Source of the DNA: Lingula anatina
Taxonomy: Eukaryota > Animalia > Brachiopoda
Direction of reading: 5' to 3'
DNA length: 64,000 nucleotides
NCBI GenBank assembly: GCA_051362555.1
Contig: CM120644.1
Coordinates: 8,874,954-8,938,953 of the forward strand
Positions 1 through 14,716 of this stretch are shown piece by piece. The translations under genes and the position numbers were made by a program. Numbering within the stretch: position 1 is the stretch's first letter; each line of letters begins with the position of its first letter. Under the pieces are notes generated by a model. That model saw only the letters and a program-made list of their open reading frames with translations, ran no database searches and was not told where the DNA came from.

Positions 1-114
1 AGATGTGTCCGACAGGCCGGATATGTCCGACAACATATCTGGCCTTCTCTGGTCGTAGGACATATCTGGCTTGTCGGACACATCTGGCCCACCTTCCTAG
101 GATGGCCTATGGCC
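1..114. repeat. Terminal fragment of a probable non-autonomous DNA transposon with internal inverted repeat
   Basis: 1-28 (agatgtgtccgacaggccggatatgtcc) is the near-perfect reverse complement of ~58-87. The GC-rich block ends abruptly at ...cctaggatggcctatggcc. The partner end lies outside the window. Confidence 0.35.
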
Positions 115-860
115 TTGTTTATCTGCTTGGAGGGTTTGTATTAAAGTACAAGACCAAAACCATAAGACCAATTGGGAACTCTTTTATTTGTAGTTTGACA
201 GATGACACTTTAAATTAAATAGAATGACTGTATAAGCAGTTCTTAGAATTCAGTGCATCGGGGTTACAAATGGAATAGATGCTAAATTTAAGCGATAATT
301 TGAATGGGCATTATTGCATTATTAAACAAATGGTCTGGCGTTGAAATATCAATAAGTGCAACATTGGTAATGAGGACACTTAGCGCACAGAAGTAAAATG
401 TTTAGGGACAGTGAGTGCAGTTAATACCAACGATTAACCGACACAATAGATATGGTTATCAAACTAATAGCATTTTATTGAAATACATACATGGTGAAAC
501 AGATACCATACGGTAAAAAGCCGTAATCCTCAAAGGATGTTCTATATATAAACATGCTCTTTGGCGTAGTTTTTTTACTCTCCGTCATCAGTCAAATTTA
601 TTGTTTCAGAGAACTGCCGAAACAAACTCCCAGCTCGTGAACGGCATAGCTAAGTCCAGGTGGTGTTTCGAGGCAATTTCCAACAGAGTGTGATTCACAG
701 TACTAGTGCGGTCCCACGGTGTAGTGCTGAAATTTGGTTCCGTGTTAATATGATAGTATTTATGTGATAAATGTGCGAATATATAAGCGAAAACTTTCGT
801 CAAACTACATGTAACAAATTCAGATATATGTATCATATAAATACACGTGTCTTTACATTA

Positions 861-861
<1 letters not shown>

Positions 862-909
<48 letters not shown>
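862..909 (+). repeat. Poly(A) tract
   Basis: ~48 consecutive A. Confidence 0.9.
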
Positions 910-912
<3 letters not shown>

Positions 913-3900
913 GCAATGCGTCAAACCAAGGATTGAGAAAGGTTATTCTTGCGTGAACGGAAACCCCTGTTGTTCATGTACCAGGAAGCGGCGTCTGTCA
1001 TGGGCAAATAAATCAAATTAATGTAGTTGATTGGACTTGATTTGACCTTTATATTCCGATACCAATGGGCAATGTTTCTGTAATTCCCCCTCTTTCACTG
1101 TCCTATAAACAAGTAAGGTAATTTGTGACGCGAGCAAAATATGGGCGGTGTATTTTTATCTACTTTACGAATGTGCTTTGTCTGTACTTACATCCAAGCT
1201 CGCCAAATGCAAAAAGTATATAAAATCAAGTGCTGTACGAAAGTAAGTGTTTTCAAATTTTAAAAATTATGGCAAACACTACCTTGATTCCTTTAGAGGA
1301 TTTAAAGACAAGTATTTAAAACGTATACACTGATTTTGTCATTTCCGCTTCATCTTAATGGTGTTTTGCGACTGACCTCTCAAAGATAAAATATTTATAC
1401 TTGTTGCTAACATTCTCTTTGCGAAAATGCCTGTCCCGGAGCGACAGAAATGCAAGTCCGCTAGTACCGCTGGTACCACTTCAAGGTCACGCCAGGCCGC
1501 CCTAACACAACCTTACTCCAAGTGACTTTAACTCGAAGTCACAATGGGCCAACTTTGTGGCTAATTAATTTTGTGTAATTTTAAGTTATCTCACAGACCG
1601 CCTTTGTTACTTTTTCAAGCTGTCCTGTGTCTTTAGTAACTGTGCTACGTATTGAATCTTCGTGTCTGGAAGGTGCATCAAACAATAAAATGGACATTGC
1701 AGAGCACTTCTCTGCGTGATTGCGTCCGTTATTATCTGTTTTTCTGCTTTGTTGGCTATTGTAACGATCCCCAGGAATCAGGTTTTATACGATTTTACCT
1801 TGGAACAATTAAATTATCTCTGGGTAATTCGTTTATGAATTTTTTCTTTGTCTCTTTAAATTCAGTAACAGGATGCAGAATACTTGGATTTTAGGACCTC
1901 TACTGGCTACGTAACTTATTTACTGGCCGGCTGATTGACCAACCTTGAATGCGTCTGAAATCCTCCGGTTTTACAATCTGTATTTATGTCCTTGAATGTC
2001 AAATAATGAAATAAGAAACAAAGTAAGCAGCACTTAGGGACCATTCCCAGACCCTGCCGTACTAGCTGTGGATTGATCTAACTCCGAGGGGATCCTCGCT
2101 AAATTGCTATAACCCCCTAGCAGCTTCAGTAGGCGTAACAGTTATCTGAGCCGCTTACGTTGTTTGCCATAGATGTTACATGCCTTTGTGTTATATCTAG
2201 GAGGGGAAAAGACTGCTAAATAAAATACCAAATGCTTCCGCTATACGAGCTTGGAAATCAAGTCACCTCCGATCAGTTCGATTCTGCGATAACTAATTTC
2301 CAAGGTATCTAAGTAGTTGCAAAATCAATTAGCAAAGCCCACCGGTGAATTTCGACATGTCTGACATTTGTTTTGATCATATTGTTACAACTGACTTGGC
2401 GATAGAGTAATTAGAAAATCCTGTGGGTATTTCAGTTTCAGGCCACGGGGGCGTAATTATCACGCACATGTCTCCCCGCGGCCGTTTAAGTGACATTCAA
2501 AGTTAAATAGTTTTTTCGGAAGTAAAACTTAAATGCGGGGAGTATTTCGGCCAGGCGTCAAATTGACGCACGCTAGTTCTTTTAAGTTAAGAAATTTAAT
2601 TTCTTATGGGACTATTGGCTACAGGTATCAGATCTAGGGCAAGCACCCTGGGTCTTTTGAAGTGGATAGGCGTCATGACTATCACATCTGCATCGCACAA
2701 CAGCAGTTCTCTCACCTCAGCTGTGCCAGGATAATTAATAAACGACCACCATGAAGTATCCCAGAGCAATTTGCATTTGGGCAGTTTTAGGGGGAATTTC
2801 ATCAAATTTCAAGAACCATAAAAGCTGTAAAATTCTTAGAAATACATGTAAATGTTTTAAGAGGTGGGCATAGTCTATACTTTTATGGTCATATTAGTGC
2901 AAAGAAAGTGAAGAGTTTTCAGGTGAAACAACTAATGTTAACAGATCATTCATAACGTATGTATAGTAATCTTCTTTATACTGAGTACATGTTTGTCACG
3001 CGATACAGGTCACCTGCTACACCAACATACCAAAAATTTTCATTATATTAGAGTTTTTAGTTATTTTCATAAAAGTGCAGCGATATTTTTTCTTTCTTGA
3101 TTTATTTCTTAATACATCTGCATTCTTTAATAGCGCTTCGTGACACGTTTTTGGTTACATCCGTTACGGTAGATTGATTAAATTGTCCTTTTATATGATG
3201 TAGGCCCTGTATGGCAATCAGATTGATTGGGTTTAGTCTTCCTTTTATGGCTTGAAAGCATATTATGACAAGAGAGGCTTTCACCCATATTAATCATGTT
3301 GGATTCGGTTAATTGTCTCATTATTGTAATCTTTTTAAATGACAGTGTAATAAATGATAGCATGCCTTAAAAAAGCTTAATGCCCCTTGCGGCACCGTTT
3401 CTCCTCTTTTGACGACCAGGTGCTATTTGCAAACGGGACGCAGTTACATGGCCTAAGAGTGTCCCGTGTATTAAATCATTTCTGTTTTAGGTTGCTTTCA
3501 AACACTTAATCAAGAAATAGACACTTTCCCATCTCATGCATTAAGAATGGCGGTCATGTTCCATTTGCAAAATCCTTTGTCTCCTTTCAGTGTTGCCTTG
3601 GATAGTTGGGAAGTGTCAAATGCACATAATGCAAAATTACAAAGTGCTATAGAGACAGTACGACAAGGCGCTGTTCCATAGTGTAAAGTGCCCCTAGTAT
3701 TGAATTATTACTGTTTAAGGCTGTTTCATTAACTTAAGCACGAAACATTCATTAAAATATAAGGTGGGGGGTTGATTATTCTTAAGCGCAATTAATATAT
3801 GAAAAATATCCATATTTCAGAGTAGTTTTATTGGCTCCCATGATTCCCCGTTGTCACGCATGAAAACTGGAGACTCTTAGTGATATGACTACGGTAAAAT

Positions 3901-6549
3901 GAAAAAATAAGTGAGTGAACCTCGGGGTCAAAAATACCAATTTGCGTGAAAAGAACCTCAATCATCCTTGTGTTGAGTTACTTTCAATTCCCAAGGCTTA
4001 GTTGTTGACACAGGCTTCAGTGAATTATTCATGCAGATTGGCTGATGGATGCATTTGTCCCGTTCCAGCATTATGGATGCCACTCTGCCATGGTCATGCT
4101 CAGAACCCTAAGTTCCACAACTCAGGTTCTGTAGCTATGGAAACTGCATCCATTTGCCCATACGGCTATCTGTCCTTAGCATACATGTATGTACCCACCG
4201 TCCTTATATGATGGTTTGAGATCACAACCTTTGGAACACAGAATCCCTTAAAACTTAAGGTACTCGTGGATGAGTTTTCAAACGGGAATAACCTTGGTCT
4301 AGTTTTCGAGCTAGCATTTACGAAAAAAAAAAAGCTTTCGACATATTCGCGTTACAATCATATAAAACTAAACAGCCTCTCATAAAGGTGTTGGACGGAT
4401 TCGTGAATAAGATTAAACAGTAAATTTATCAATGTCACGAGTTTGAGGTCATGAAACTATGAGGTCAGATTATGCTGTTCACCATTGGTAGTGAACGAGG
4501 GGTAAACGAGGGGTAATTTGAGAAAACGGCGCGTTTTCAATAATAAATTAAAATGATATTAATGTTGCCCATGATTCTGGATAAAATCAACATGATTGAA
4601 ACACGAACTCTAAACCTGGTCTTTCAGAGACGCGTTTTGCTTCAACACGCATAAAACTCTTAAATAACTGACACAGCCGCAGAAATGACAGGCAAAACCG
4701 AAATTTCTCACCAAAGAATGTGTCAGTCGAAAAAGGGTCCACAGTTTATTGTCAGGAATATCTCTTTAAAACTTAGATTTAAATCCGTTTTCCGAATATA
4801 TTTTTAAAGCCCACAAGGTCTGTCTATTTTCTTTTTTCAATAACTACTATTGGAGAACCCCCTTGCGCCACTTTATTATTTTGTTTGTGTGCCATTAAAT
4901 TTTGAAAGATATCTTGACAACTACACTGGCCTCTGAATGGTTTCATCACAGATGGAGAAAAGTTCAGGACAAGAGAAAATATGGAACACTGTCATGAGTG
5001 TTGAACAGACTCAATTTGTTACAGGCAGTAATCGATTTAATAACGCTATTTTCCGGACAGCAATTTATAACGAACGGTAATGTGTTAACATTTGCAAGAG
5101 TAGTTAATGATTTAAAGGTACATATGAACCGAGCACCAGTAGAGCGTGGATTCCCAGTAACACATAAAAAACACTTCTACTAGTTTTTTTATGCGACTCA
5201 AATAAAGTCGACATGGCAAAGGATAAACTGAATAAATCACTCTATCAGCCATAAAAGAGCTTTAGACTGCTCCTTTCTTTAAAATTTTGGTCAGAAATGT
5301 AACCTACTTACGTGACCTACCAGTACTTTTCTGCCCCATGTATATACAGCATAGAAAGCTAGCAGAGAAATCCATTCAAATATCATTTTTCGGGTAATAC
5401 AATGTCTCTTGGTAATTCTCTTAGTTATATTCTTTAAAACTATATGCTGGCATTTGTTTGGGTTTTGTGACAAAAAATTGACTTCGTATGCATCTTTAAG
5501 ATGCTCTCACTCACCCACTCCCCTCTCTCTCTCCCATAGGGAATATAACGGCAAACAGTGACAGGTACATTTTTTTTATACAACCAGTATACACAACATA
5601 ATCATGCCCGTGGGGGAGGGATGGAGTGGAAAGACCTTAATTATTAATTTTGGCCTATTCTTTCTGAATGGGGGAGGATATAGATTATCGACATGGGCAA
5701 AAGAAGACAATTTACATATGTTGACTTTGGTTTGATTAAAGTAAGACGGGTGATAATCTTTGCCGGCAAATGTCCATCAGAAACATTAACATCTTTGCCG
5801 GCAAATAGTTAATTGGCTGGCAAATTTAGCCTAGGCAATTAAAGCATTAATTCACGAGGAAGAAAGTAAGATTTCTGCAATATGTTTGGAAGGGAATTGG
5901 GTAATAATTATAGTTTTCAGATCATAAACCTTTTCCCACATTAAGTTTTTAGCATAAGCCATAAAACAATTTATTTTGGTCGATTTCCATCCACTAATTG
6001 CCAAAGTTCGACCCTAATAAATGTAATTTTGGAGAATGTAAACTAGAGGCATTTTTTTATAAACCATTTAGATCCCACCTCCTATTCCGTAATGAAATTG
6101 CATTTGAAACCACCAATCATTTAACAGTGGCCGAAATCCCCTTTCTCTCTCTAAATTCCACTTAATTAGAGCAATTGAATATTTATGATAACCGTGTATC
6201 AAGAAATAGAGATTTTCTTTTCGTTAGAGGATTCTTCCAATGTGATGTGTATGAGGCAGTGCAAAGTGAAGCTCAGAATGAAAGTCCTGGCATTCACAAT
6301 TCTGTATGAAACGGTTTTGATCAACGACCGTTACGGCAAACGCTCAGTTACATATTTCAACTAAAAATACAAGTTCAGAAAAAATAATGGTGTAATGAAA
6401 TAAAAATTATTAGGTGAATATAGTAATAAGACAATCCAACACATCTTTAAAAAATTCAACAAATTATGATTACAAAAACACTTTTGTTACCGTGAATAAA
6501 TATAAGAACAATCAGGCAAATAAATATATATCATTTTCGCCGCTTTCAG

Positions 6550-7387
6550 TTATGGTGGCAAACGTAAGTGGCCGCTTTTACTCGACTGATGATGAGGACG
6601 AGCTGTTGCCGTACAGAGACACGCGTCCTTACCCAGTGGTAGCGGACTGGGGCCAGGTCGAGAAACGCCGCCTGTGTCCCCGGATGTATGTGTACGACCC
6701 GGTCCGAGGCTGCAGGTTTTCATTGGAAGTAAGTGTGAGCCTGAAAATGAAGTCATTGTCTATGCATTTTTAAAAGAATAACAAATACAAAGGGTGAACT
6801 TTTAAAAACCAGTTGGCATGCAAGTGATGCCCATTCTGAATATACAGTTCGCAGATCTTAGCCACAACTGAACGAGTATGTGCACTGAACGCTTCTAGTT
6901 AATACACTGTTCGAAGACTGACTCCTCGTGCAATAAAGACATGGCCAAATCCTCTACTTCTGTAAAACCCTGCCCAGAACATGAGAAACTCTAAACCCCG
7001 CTACCAAGAACTAGTTTTGGGGATGGGATATAACCTATGTTGGCCTCTTTATCTAATTTTGTATGGAACGTATCTGGAACCGCCATTTAGCTTTTACCAA
7101 TGTGAAACCCCCTTTCAGAAACTATCAGGACCTCTTTTTAAACTTTTTTTTTGCATGGAACGGTAAATGAAAATTGCCAATATGAATCACCAAACGAAAG
7201 TGCGGACCTAAAAACCTCGCCCATTATAAATGAATCAGGCCCGTTTCATAAAAAATTCTAAAACCTTTGCTACCAACGACCACAAAGAATCTAAATGTTT
7301 TGTTAGCATGAACGTGTTAGTAACAAAGCTCAATCACATTCATTACAGGCAATCCGAAACCGTTACAAGAGGAGCACGAAGAAGTAG
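6550..7387 (+). CDS. Putative secreted peptide (neuropeptide/AMP-like) precursor, exons 6550-6728 and 7349-7387; 5' signal-peptide exon not located
   Basis: GC-rich exon bounded by tttcgccgctttcAG (6549) and GTaagt (6729), phase 0. It joins cattacAG|GCA (7349) in frame to give xMVANVSG-RFYSTDDEDELLPYRDTRPYPVVADWGQVE-KR-RLCPRMYVYDPVRGCRFSLEAIRNRY-KR-STKK*. Dibasic sites flank a two-Cys peptide; VSG resembles a signal peptidase site. Confidence 0.7.
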
Positions 7388-10300
7388 ACAGAACATCGGC
7401 AAATCAGATAAACAAACGCCGGCCAGTCTTCGAGTGGACTTCTACTAACACATCGACCTCCGATTAGTCTCCCATTTCCAGAATGTCTTGGCAACTGGTG
7501 CTTGCGTGTTAGATAACGACTCTCGTAGCGTTGAATCAAGGACTTACGACGTATCAGTGACCATTGATTACACATTGAACTGACTCCATTCAGCGATTTT
7601 AGTTTGTATTCTCATTTTGAGCATGCCGATTGAGAGGATATTCGTAACAATCCATTTTCTGTTTGAATGTTGTTTGTCGACATTGATAGTTGCGTTTTAT
7701 ATTATGACCCTTCTTCTTGACATAACATGCTGACAACTCATCTTCAACCCACGAGGGATCTAAGTAGTACTAAGTAGTACTAATTATACATACATGTAAC
7801 AAGACATCACATCTAGTATATGTTGTTGTTGTTCTTGCCCTGTACAACAAGGGAAATTGGACTGTTTTTTTTTTTTTTTTTTTTTTTTTTTAAGCGAAGT
7901 TTACAAGTGGAACGATTTGATTTGTAGTAACGAGTGTCCATGGTTCAGCCACAATTTTGGTTTATGTTGTATCTTCCTAGACAACAATAGCCACGTTTAC
8001 TTGGAACTAACGTTGCTTTATTGGCTTTTGCAAACTTCCTGTAATTTCATTGCATGACAAAGTTTGATAATTTTCATTGTAAAACAGTTAAACGATTAAC
8101 TCCATATTGATTATATATTTGATGTGCACAGGGACACTCTATGCTGATATACCCATTACTATATACTGCACAGTGTGTTATCTTTATCTTTACACGAATT
8201 GGAATTAGAACTTTAATTTGCTTGAAAGGTATATTCATATATATAATATTTATTGCATATTTTGCTAGCAAACCATTGGTTGATAAGTCAGTAGCAGACA
8301 ATGTTTAACATATTATAAATTTATAAAGCGAATATTGTTCAACTATTTTGCATTCTAATAGTGCACCACCTGTGTAGAGGTTTGTCAACAGTTAAGAGAT
8401 AATGCTAGAAGAAAATTGTCTATGTTTCTCCTTTGTTTCCATGCACTCTTTTACTTTACCAAAGCAGAAAACAACTTGAGAGAATACAATATGGTTGACA
8501 CTTAACTTGACAATTACCTATCTTTAAGAGACCCTTGGCATCCATGACATTCATTCGTATTATGGTATATGGAGGAACGTGTGGCATTTGGTGTATCCAC
8601 CACCAAGGTCACAGAGCGAAAATTTCATTGGAGCATTTTTGTCCAAAATGACGTCATCATTTAGGCACCTGACGTCATCATGTACGCCTCTGGTAGACAG
8701 CACGTTTGATGTATACATTTGTGAAAAAAAAATCAAGGTGTCCTCACTTACAGTAATTTGTCTTTGTCTTAGAGCAGATACGTTGTACCGAAGAATTTGA
8801 CACGGCGTTTGATACTTATGAATTAGCAATTTATAGTTAACTGGGCAGTGTTTTATTTCATTGTCAGCTACCCTCTTGGGTTTCCACCAATGTTAACGGC
8901 ATATGCATGTATATGCTGATTACAGAGTTTAATATCCCAGCAAACTTTGAAACTGGTTGATGAATTTGGGTGTTTTGTAGTTCTATTACTACGTGTAGGC
9001 TACTAAGCCAATTAAATGTTTAAACAGCTAACTACTTATCTTAACATGTATGACGCATTATAAAGGAAATTTAATAAAGAAACATTTAACGAATTCAGGG
9101 CAATAGGGTTTACCCGTACTTAAGCAAAGGAACAAACTGATTATCAAAATAAAGGATTAGAAAAGGTTGCAGTGTTGACGTACATGTAATTTGGTCGTTT
9201 TAGGACAATACGAACTTCCCTGAGAATATTAAAATTTCAATGGTTGCACTGGAATCATATCAATTAATCACTCGAAGTTAGAGTAAAACCGATTTTATTT
9301 AGGACCATGAAACCAAATATTTTAGGGGTTACAATGTCAAATATCATTCTTTAGACCTTACCATTTATAAAATTAATATTGTAACATGTCAGGTGACACA
9401 CAATAAAAAGTAAATCTCTGCATATTCTGTACTTGTACAATATAATTACCATTTTCGTAGACAAATTTCATCACAAAGCACTTTACGAACAGTAAGAGCC
9501 ATAATTCAAAGTCGGATAGGTAAGTAATAAACCCATGGGGAAACGACCACTAACGGTCGATGGTACCGTAAATCATCATCAAATATCTCTAAACATAAAT
9601 CATTTAAGGCAAGTAATAAGTTTGTAATAAAAGTATTCATCGAAAATAATGACAGAGGCGACTCAGTTGAATTAGTGAAGTCGAGGTTGGTGAATCATTC
9701 TGTAAACAACAACACAGCTGTTAAGTACAAAGGCGACCTAATTAGTGTCATCCGATGATAGTCATCTTTCGGTACAATGGGCAATTATGTCCTATTTGTA
9801 ATTGAATCACAGGCCACAATTGGTACATTTGACAAATTAGTTATCCAATCACGGTCAGTAATGGACAATTCTGACCTATTAATTAGCCAATGATAAACTC
9901 TAACGACCCATCACGCTACACGCTGTTGCTATAATAATCATTTTCTCGACATCTACAGTCTCAAAAAGATGTGTTTGTGTCATTCCTGGTGTATGCCGTT
10001 GTTTGTTTTATACAGTACCACTATATTCAAACAAAAAGGGATACACTTGACTCTCCTGTTATAATGACATATATAAAGAAACATTTCCATTGGCCACAAA
10101 ATATGTTCTGTCACAAGTTACACTTTCGTTTATGGTATAAAGTTTCTGTTTGCCAAAGGTAAAATGGTTAAATAATCGGGACTGCTTCAGCACCTTCACA
10201 ATATGAGCATTTAATTCCACTACAAACGCTGCGTTGTTTTAACTACTGTATAAAGCAGTTCCTAATTTTTGCCGCTACATGTACAATCTTTAACCTTTCC

Positions 10301-12260
10301 ATTGCCAGATAAACTGCCTTACAGAAGTATGACCATTCAAAAGGAACGCATTACTAGATGACCCCGTTGGTTGATTCAGTGAATTAAACACAAGCCATTA
10401 ATTGTAGCCATAGTAAAAGTACTATTGGTTCTTTAGTGTACCAGGAGAGTTGATATTGTGATTTGGTCGCTCCTCAGTGACTTCATGTAGAATGGCAAGT
10501 GGTAGTTAGTAGATGTACTTGCCTAATGAATAAAGCGGTAATGGTCATTTCTTTCAAACTATAACCTTGGGATTAATCTTTGACCATTAATTGAGTCTCC
10601 CAGCAGTCCATAATCGATTCCAAAACTTAATTTTACTTACTATAGGAGCTAAACCCCATAAGTGGGGACTGTTGCTATAATTTGGGATACGGGAATAATC
10701 ATGGTGTAGATGATGTCCATTCGTATTGTATTGTAATCGTATTTCGGTGCAATACACTGCATGGCTTAATGTGAACTTTATTATTTTCATTAATTTTTGT
10801 ACGTTCACCCTGTTCAAAGTACATTTGCACAAGATATGTCACCATCAGGGCGTTTTTTCTTTGTCTCTGTTTTATTATCATTAGGAACATTTTGTTAACG
10901 TTCAAAACTGCACTCTAGCAGTTAAAGGCCGGGGCGCAGTATTTCTTTTCTTTTTAAAAAGCAATAGGCAGAACGGTGTTTTGCGACTCTGTTATTGCGA
11001 AATTGTAAAAGAATGCACTTTGACCTAAGTTTCAAATGTATCAGACTACTCAAAAAGTTTGTAACAGAAGGAAACAAGAAGGAAACAAACAGGCAAATCT
11101 TATTCGCTTAGGAAGACTGGAGTACAATGAAAATGACACTTCTACAATTACGTGACAAAGACGTCGTCACAGTTGGAATCTTTCAAGGACCAAATCATTC
11201 TGTACATTGAACGTACTTACAGAGAGGTTTTGTTCTGCTAGAAAAAAACATAGTTCTTCGCATAAGGCATATTAATAACAAAATGCACTAATGAAATCAA
11301 CGGTTTTATTCAACGATTTCCTTACTGCAGAATGATCAGAGAGATCAAAATTTTCATGAGCATAAAATCAGTGTGATAAACAATATAAATGTACTATCAT
11401 TCACAATGAGGACAAATAAGAGATTCTAACAAGCAAGAAAGGGAAAAAACCCTGGAAATGGTTTCAGCTGTTCATTTGTTTGCAGTTTTGTCACCCAGTT
11501 CATCCCTGGTGTTAACTGCTGTCTTTGAAATTATGTAGCAGAGAAACCATATCTAGAATATTATCTATGCAGATGATAAAGACAAACTCAACAAAAAGTA
11601 CAAACGTAAACAACACAAAGTACTGATACAAAAAGAGATACACATTCTATCACTTTTTTTTTTCAACGCAACATTTGCCATTACGACCAAAGCCGGCATG
11701 TTTGGAACCCTAACTCCGGCGTTGTATACAGTATTAGCAAAACCGTGGGAACACAGCTGCATATTCATGTTGGTCTAAATGACCTAATTTTACTTGACCT
11801 ACTTAGAAGTACAGCGAAACCAATTGGTTTTCTAACTTGTTCGGTTAATAAGAAAAAAAAAAATACTCTCTTGAAATCCAAGCATGATTAGGAAATAATG
11901 TAATCAAAACATTCAAATATAATAAACATTATATATACCATATTTGAAGTGATTAATGTAACAATTCTTACGTATAACAGATTTCCTTTACTCAGCTGCC
12001 CTTTTCTTTATAGAAACGATTTAAGTTTTAAAACACAAAAAGATATATAATAACGAAAAAATAGGAAAAAATACAGATCAGCATAAATCTAGCAAACCCA
12101 GTGCTCTCTAACTGGGACAACAAATGGCAATTTCTGATGGTGCTCTAATAAAGCTGGAGTTATAACTACATTGCATCTAACTGGAAAAAAAATATATCCT
12201 CTACCAATAACCAGATGTAAGTTTGCTGAAATTGTGATCTCAACAACTGGTAAAATTACC

Positions 12261-12400
12261 GCAGTTAGTAGTGAACAGCAGTTCAAAACAAAACAAAATT
12301 ATAAGTGCTGAAAACTTACTGATATATCAATGCAGTTAGTAGTGAACAGTAGTTCAAACTAAACAAAATTATGAGTGCTGAAAACTTACTGCTATTTCAA
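12261..12400. repeat. ~70-bp tandem direct duplication
   Basis: gcagttagtagtgaacag..gttcaaa..aaacaaaattat.agtgctgaaaacttactg occurs twice head to tail. Confidence 0.8.
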
Positions 12401-12455
12401 CTTGCATAAAAATCAGGAAGACCAAAAGTACCAGGTGCCCCCCCCCCCCCCCCCC

Positions 12456-12488
<33 letters not shown>

Positions 12489-13635
12489 GCAAATTAATAC
12501 ACAGGCACATATATGAAAATGAATGCAGTTATACTGGGGCAAAACATTACTTCGGATTCTAATATAACAATGGGTATACCGTAATCCCTCCAGAATATTT
12601 CTGGGTCACCCTGTATAATTATAGAGAGATGGATGTATAAAGTAACAAACAAACAAAACTTAACTTTTGGCTAGGAGTGCAAAAAGATGTACTTAAACCC
12701 TCTCCTTTCCTTATCTATCTAAAGAAAATTTGCCTTGAACCACTACTGTGACAAATGTCAAAGGTCATTTTAAGGTCAATAATGTCAGGTGACCTGTCGC
12801 CATTCTGAATTTGCTCAGGTTTTGGTGAATAAAAGAGCAAACAGTGTGGGAAGAGTTATGGCAATAACATATATGAGAAAGACTAGTCAAGAGTATACAC
12901 AGCAAAACAATCATAAATATAGCTGCAAAACAGGTTTTTCAATATACAAAATTGACTGTATAAAAATTCTACAGAGTATACAAACATGTATATAGACAAG
13001 GGTATCTACTCTAAATTCTATCCCCATACATTTGCATTGATTTTTTTAAACATAGTAATAAATATATAGAATAAATATCTTCCATATAATAGACAGGCAT
13101 GCAAGAGGTTGATACTGCCACCTTCTTATTGTCTTTAGGAATTTGTTCTTTGCCTATAATTCTTATTTTTGTAGCAATATAAAATATGACTCAAGTGAAT
13201 AGCTATTTGTGCCAGTAAACAGGCATCTTATGTATAAATGCTCTTTGAAAAATATTTCAGCTGACATTTGTTATAAAATACTTCCCCACTGTCAGAGTCC
13301 ACATCTGAGATCTCTCTCCTTACTAGGAATCTTTCTGGAAACTGGTATCCCAGAAAGACATGCTCAATACGAAATAGCATGCTAATTACATAATGGTAAT
13401 AATTGTAAGACTGGCTAGTACTGTAAGTACAAAAACTATTATATTTAGTTTTTGTTGAAGTTTTCTAGCCCTTAAATTCCATCCCCATTGACCATCATAT
13501 CTTCAGCAAATTTCTTGTCTTTATAATTTCATTCTTGGCATGAAGCATTATAAAACTTCATTTTGTTAAATTCATTTTCTTCTCAAACATGGCATTTTTA
13601 GGTTATGGTGCATCTACCCTACAATCAAGTCATAT

Positions 13636-13637
13636 AA

Positions 13638-13668
<31 letters not shown>

Positions 13669-13700
13669 ATTGATAAATAAATAAATAAATAACAAATAAA
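13636..13700. repeat. (AAAT)n microsatellite
   Basis: Direct reading. Confidence 0.85.
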
Positions 13701-14716
13701 GAAAGAAATAACATGTTGTCTATTTTTTTTCCATGCTCATGATCTATTTAGGTCAAACTGACCAAAAACGCCTCACTGATCGCCTGACACAAAAATAGTG
13801 GACACAATATCTACTACCTTCCAGGCAAAGGACCAAGTGCAAACTAATTGAACCACGAGGAATAATTATTGCGGCCACACACAGGAGACCGTGAGTGTGT
13901 ACATAATAATAAATATTTCACAAGTAGCGATAGGGCTATGCACTGTAATGGACTTTCTTTTGATCCCAGGAGCACAGAATCATTCAACCAAAAATTAGTG
14001 CTTCAGAAGTCCTGTTACTATATTGTATTGGTGGTCATCTCTGAAAGGAATAGGCAAAGCACTGACCACCACTTCCCTATAACTACACTGTATGGGGGAG
14101 ACCATTATAGTAATATTCAATTTTTAAGGCTTCATGAAATGTGCACTCCTACAGCATCCATTTTCTTTATTAAATCCCAATGGCGGTCTGTAGAGTAGAA
14201 GCACTTATACCTGGCCATCCCCACACACTGTAATTTGTGACTTCCCCACAGTTTCTCTTATGAGTCACTGATAACAAAGTCCATGCTAGCCTGAGGAGGT
14301 CTATATGTGCAGTACATATTTTATACAGTGGAAAGGTCTCTGAATATGAGCAGCAAACTCTAAACATGTCATAAACTGATGAAGGGTACTGTCCACAATG
14401 GCCCCTTTTGTCAATGCTTCCCACTGTTCTAAAAGTCACTGACAGTGAAGTCCCTTCAAAAATGTGCCACTGCCATGTCATAGTACTGTCACTATTGGAC
14501 ACTGACAGTACTGTCAAAAATGTCTCACTGGGCTTTGTTTCTTTTTCTGCTACCATGGTAACTACTGGCTGCACTTTCACTACTAATGTTCCATTATTCC
14601 ATAATGAAACCACTACACAATAACAGTACCATTACTGTCACTGTGTTCCACTGTCTGGTAATGCTACTGCTGCACAATGACAGTGTTGTTGCTGATGAAG
14701 TGTCCTAGTTTCCACA

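Noticed and set aside
771-956. Short ORFs with poly-K, poly-F or (YI)n tracts (also 7857, 23665, 26386-26672, 53927-54222)
   Set aside because: Translations of homopolymers and microsatellites.
1698-1770. Hydrophobic frame CRALLCVIASVIICFSALLAI as a signal or TM exon
   Set aside because: No in-frame ATG (stop at 1686) and the donor phase does not fit the 6550 exon.
6278-6303. MKVLAFTIL as the missing signal-peptide exon of the peptide precursor
   Set aside because: Attractive (it would give MKVLAFTILMVANVSG), but the GT donor at 6304 is phase 2 and the acceptor needs phase 1. It is off by one base, so unsupported unless reads show an indel. MGLLAT-G|GT at 2606-2624 fits the phase but gives a short, weak signal.
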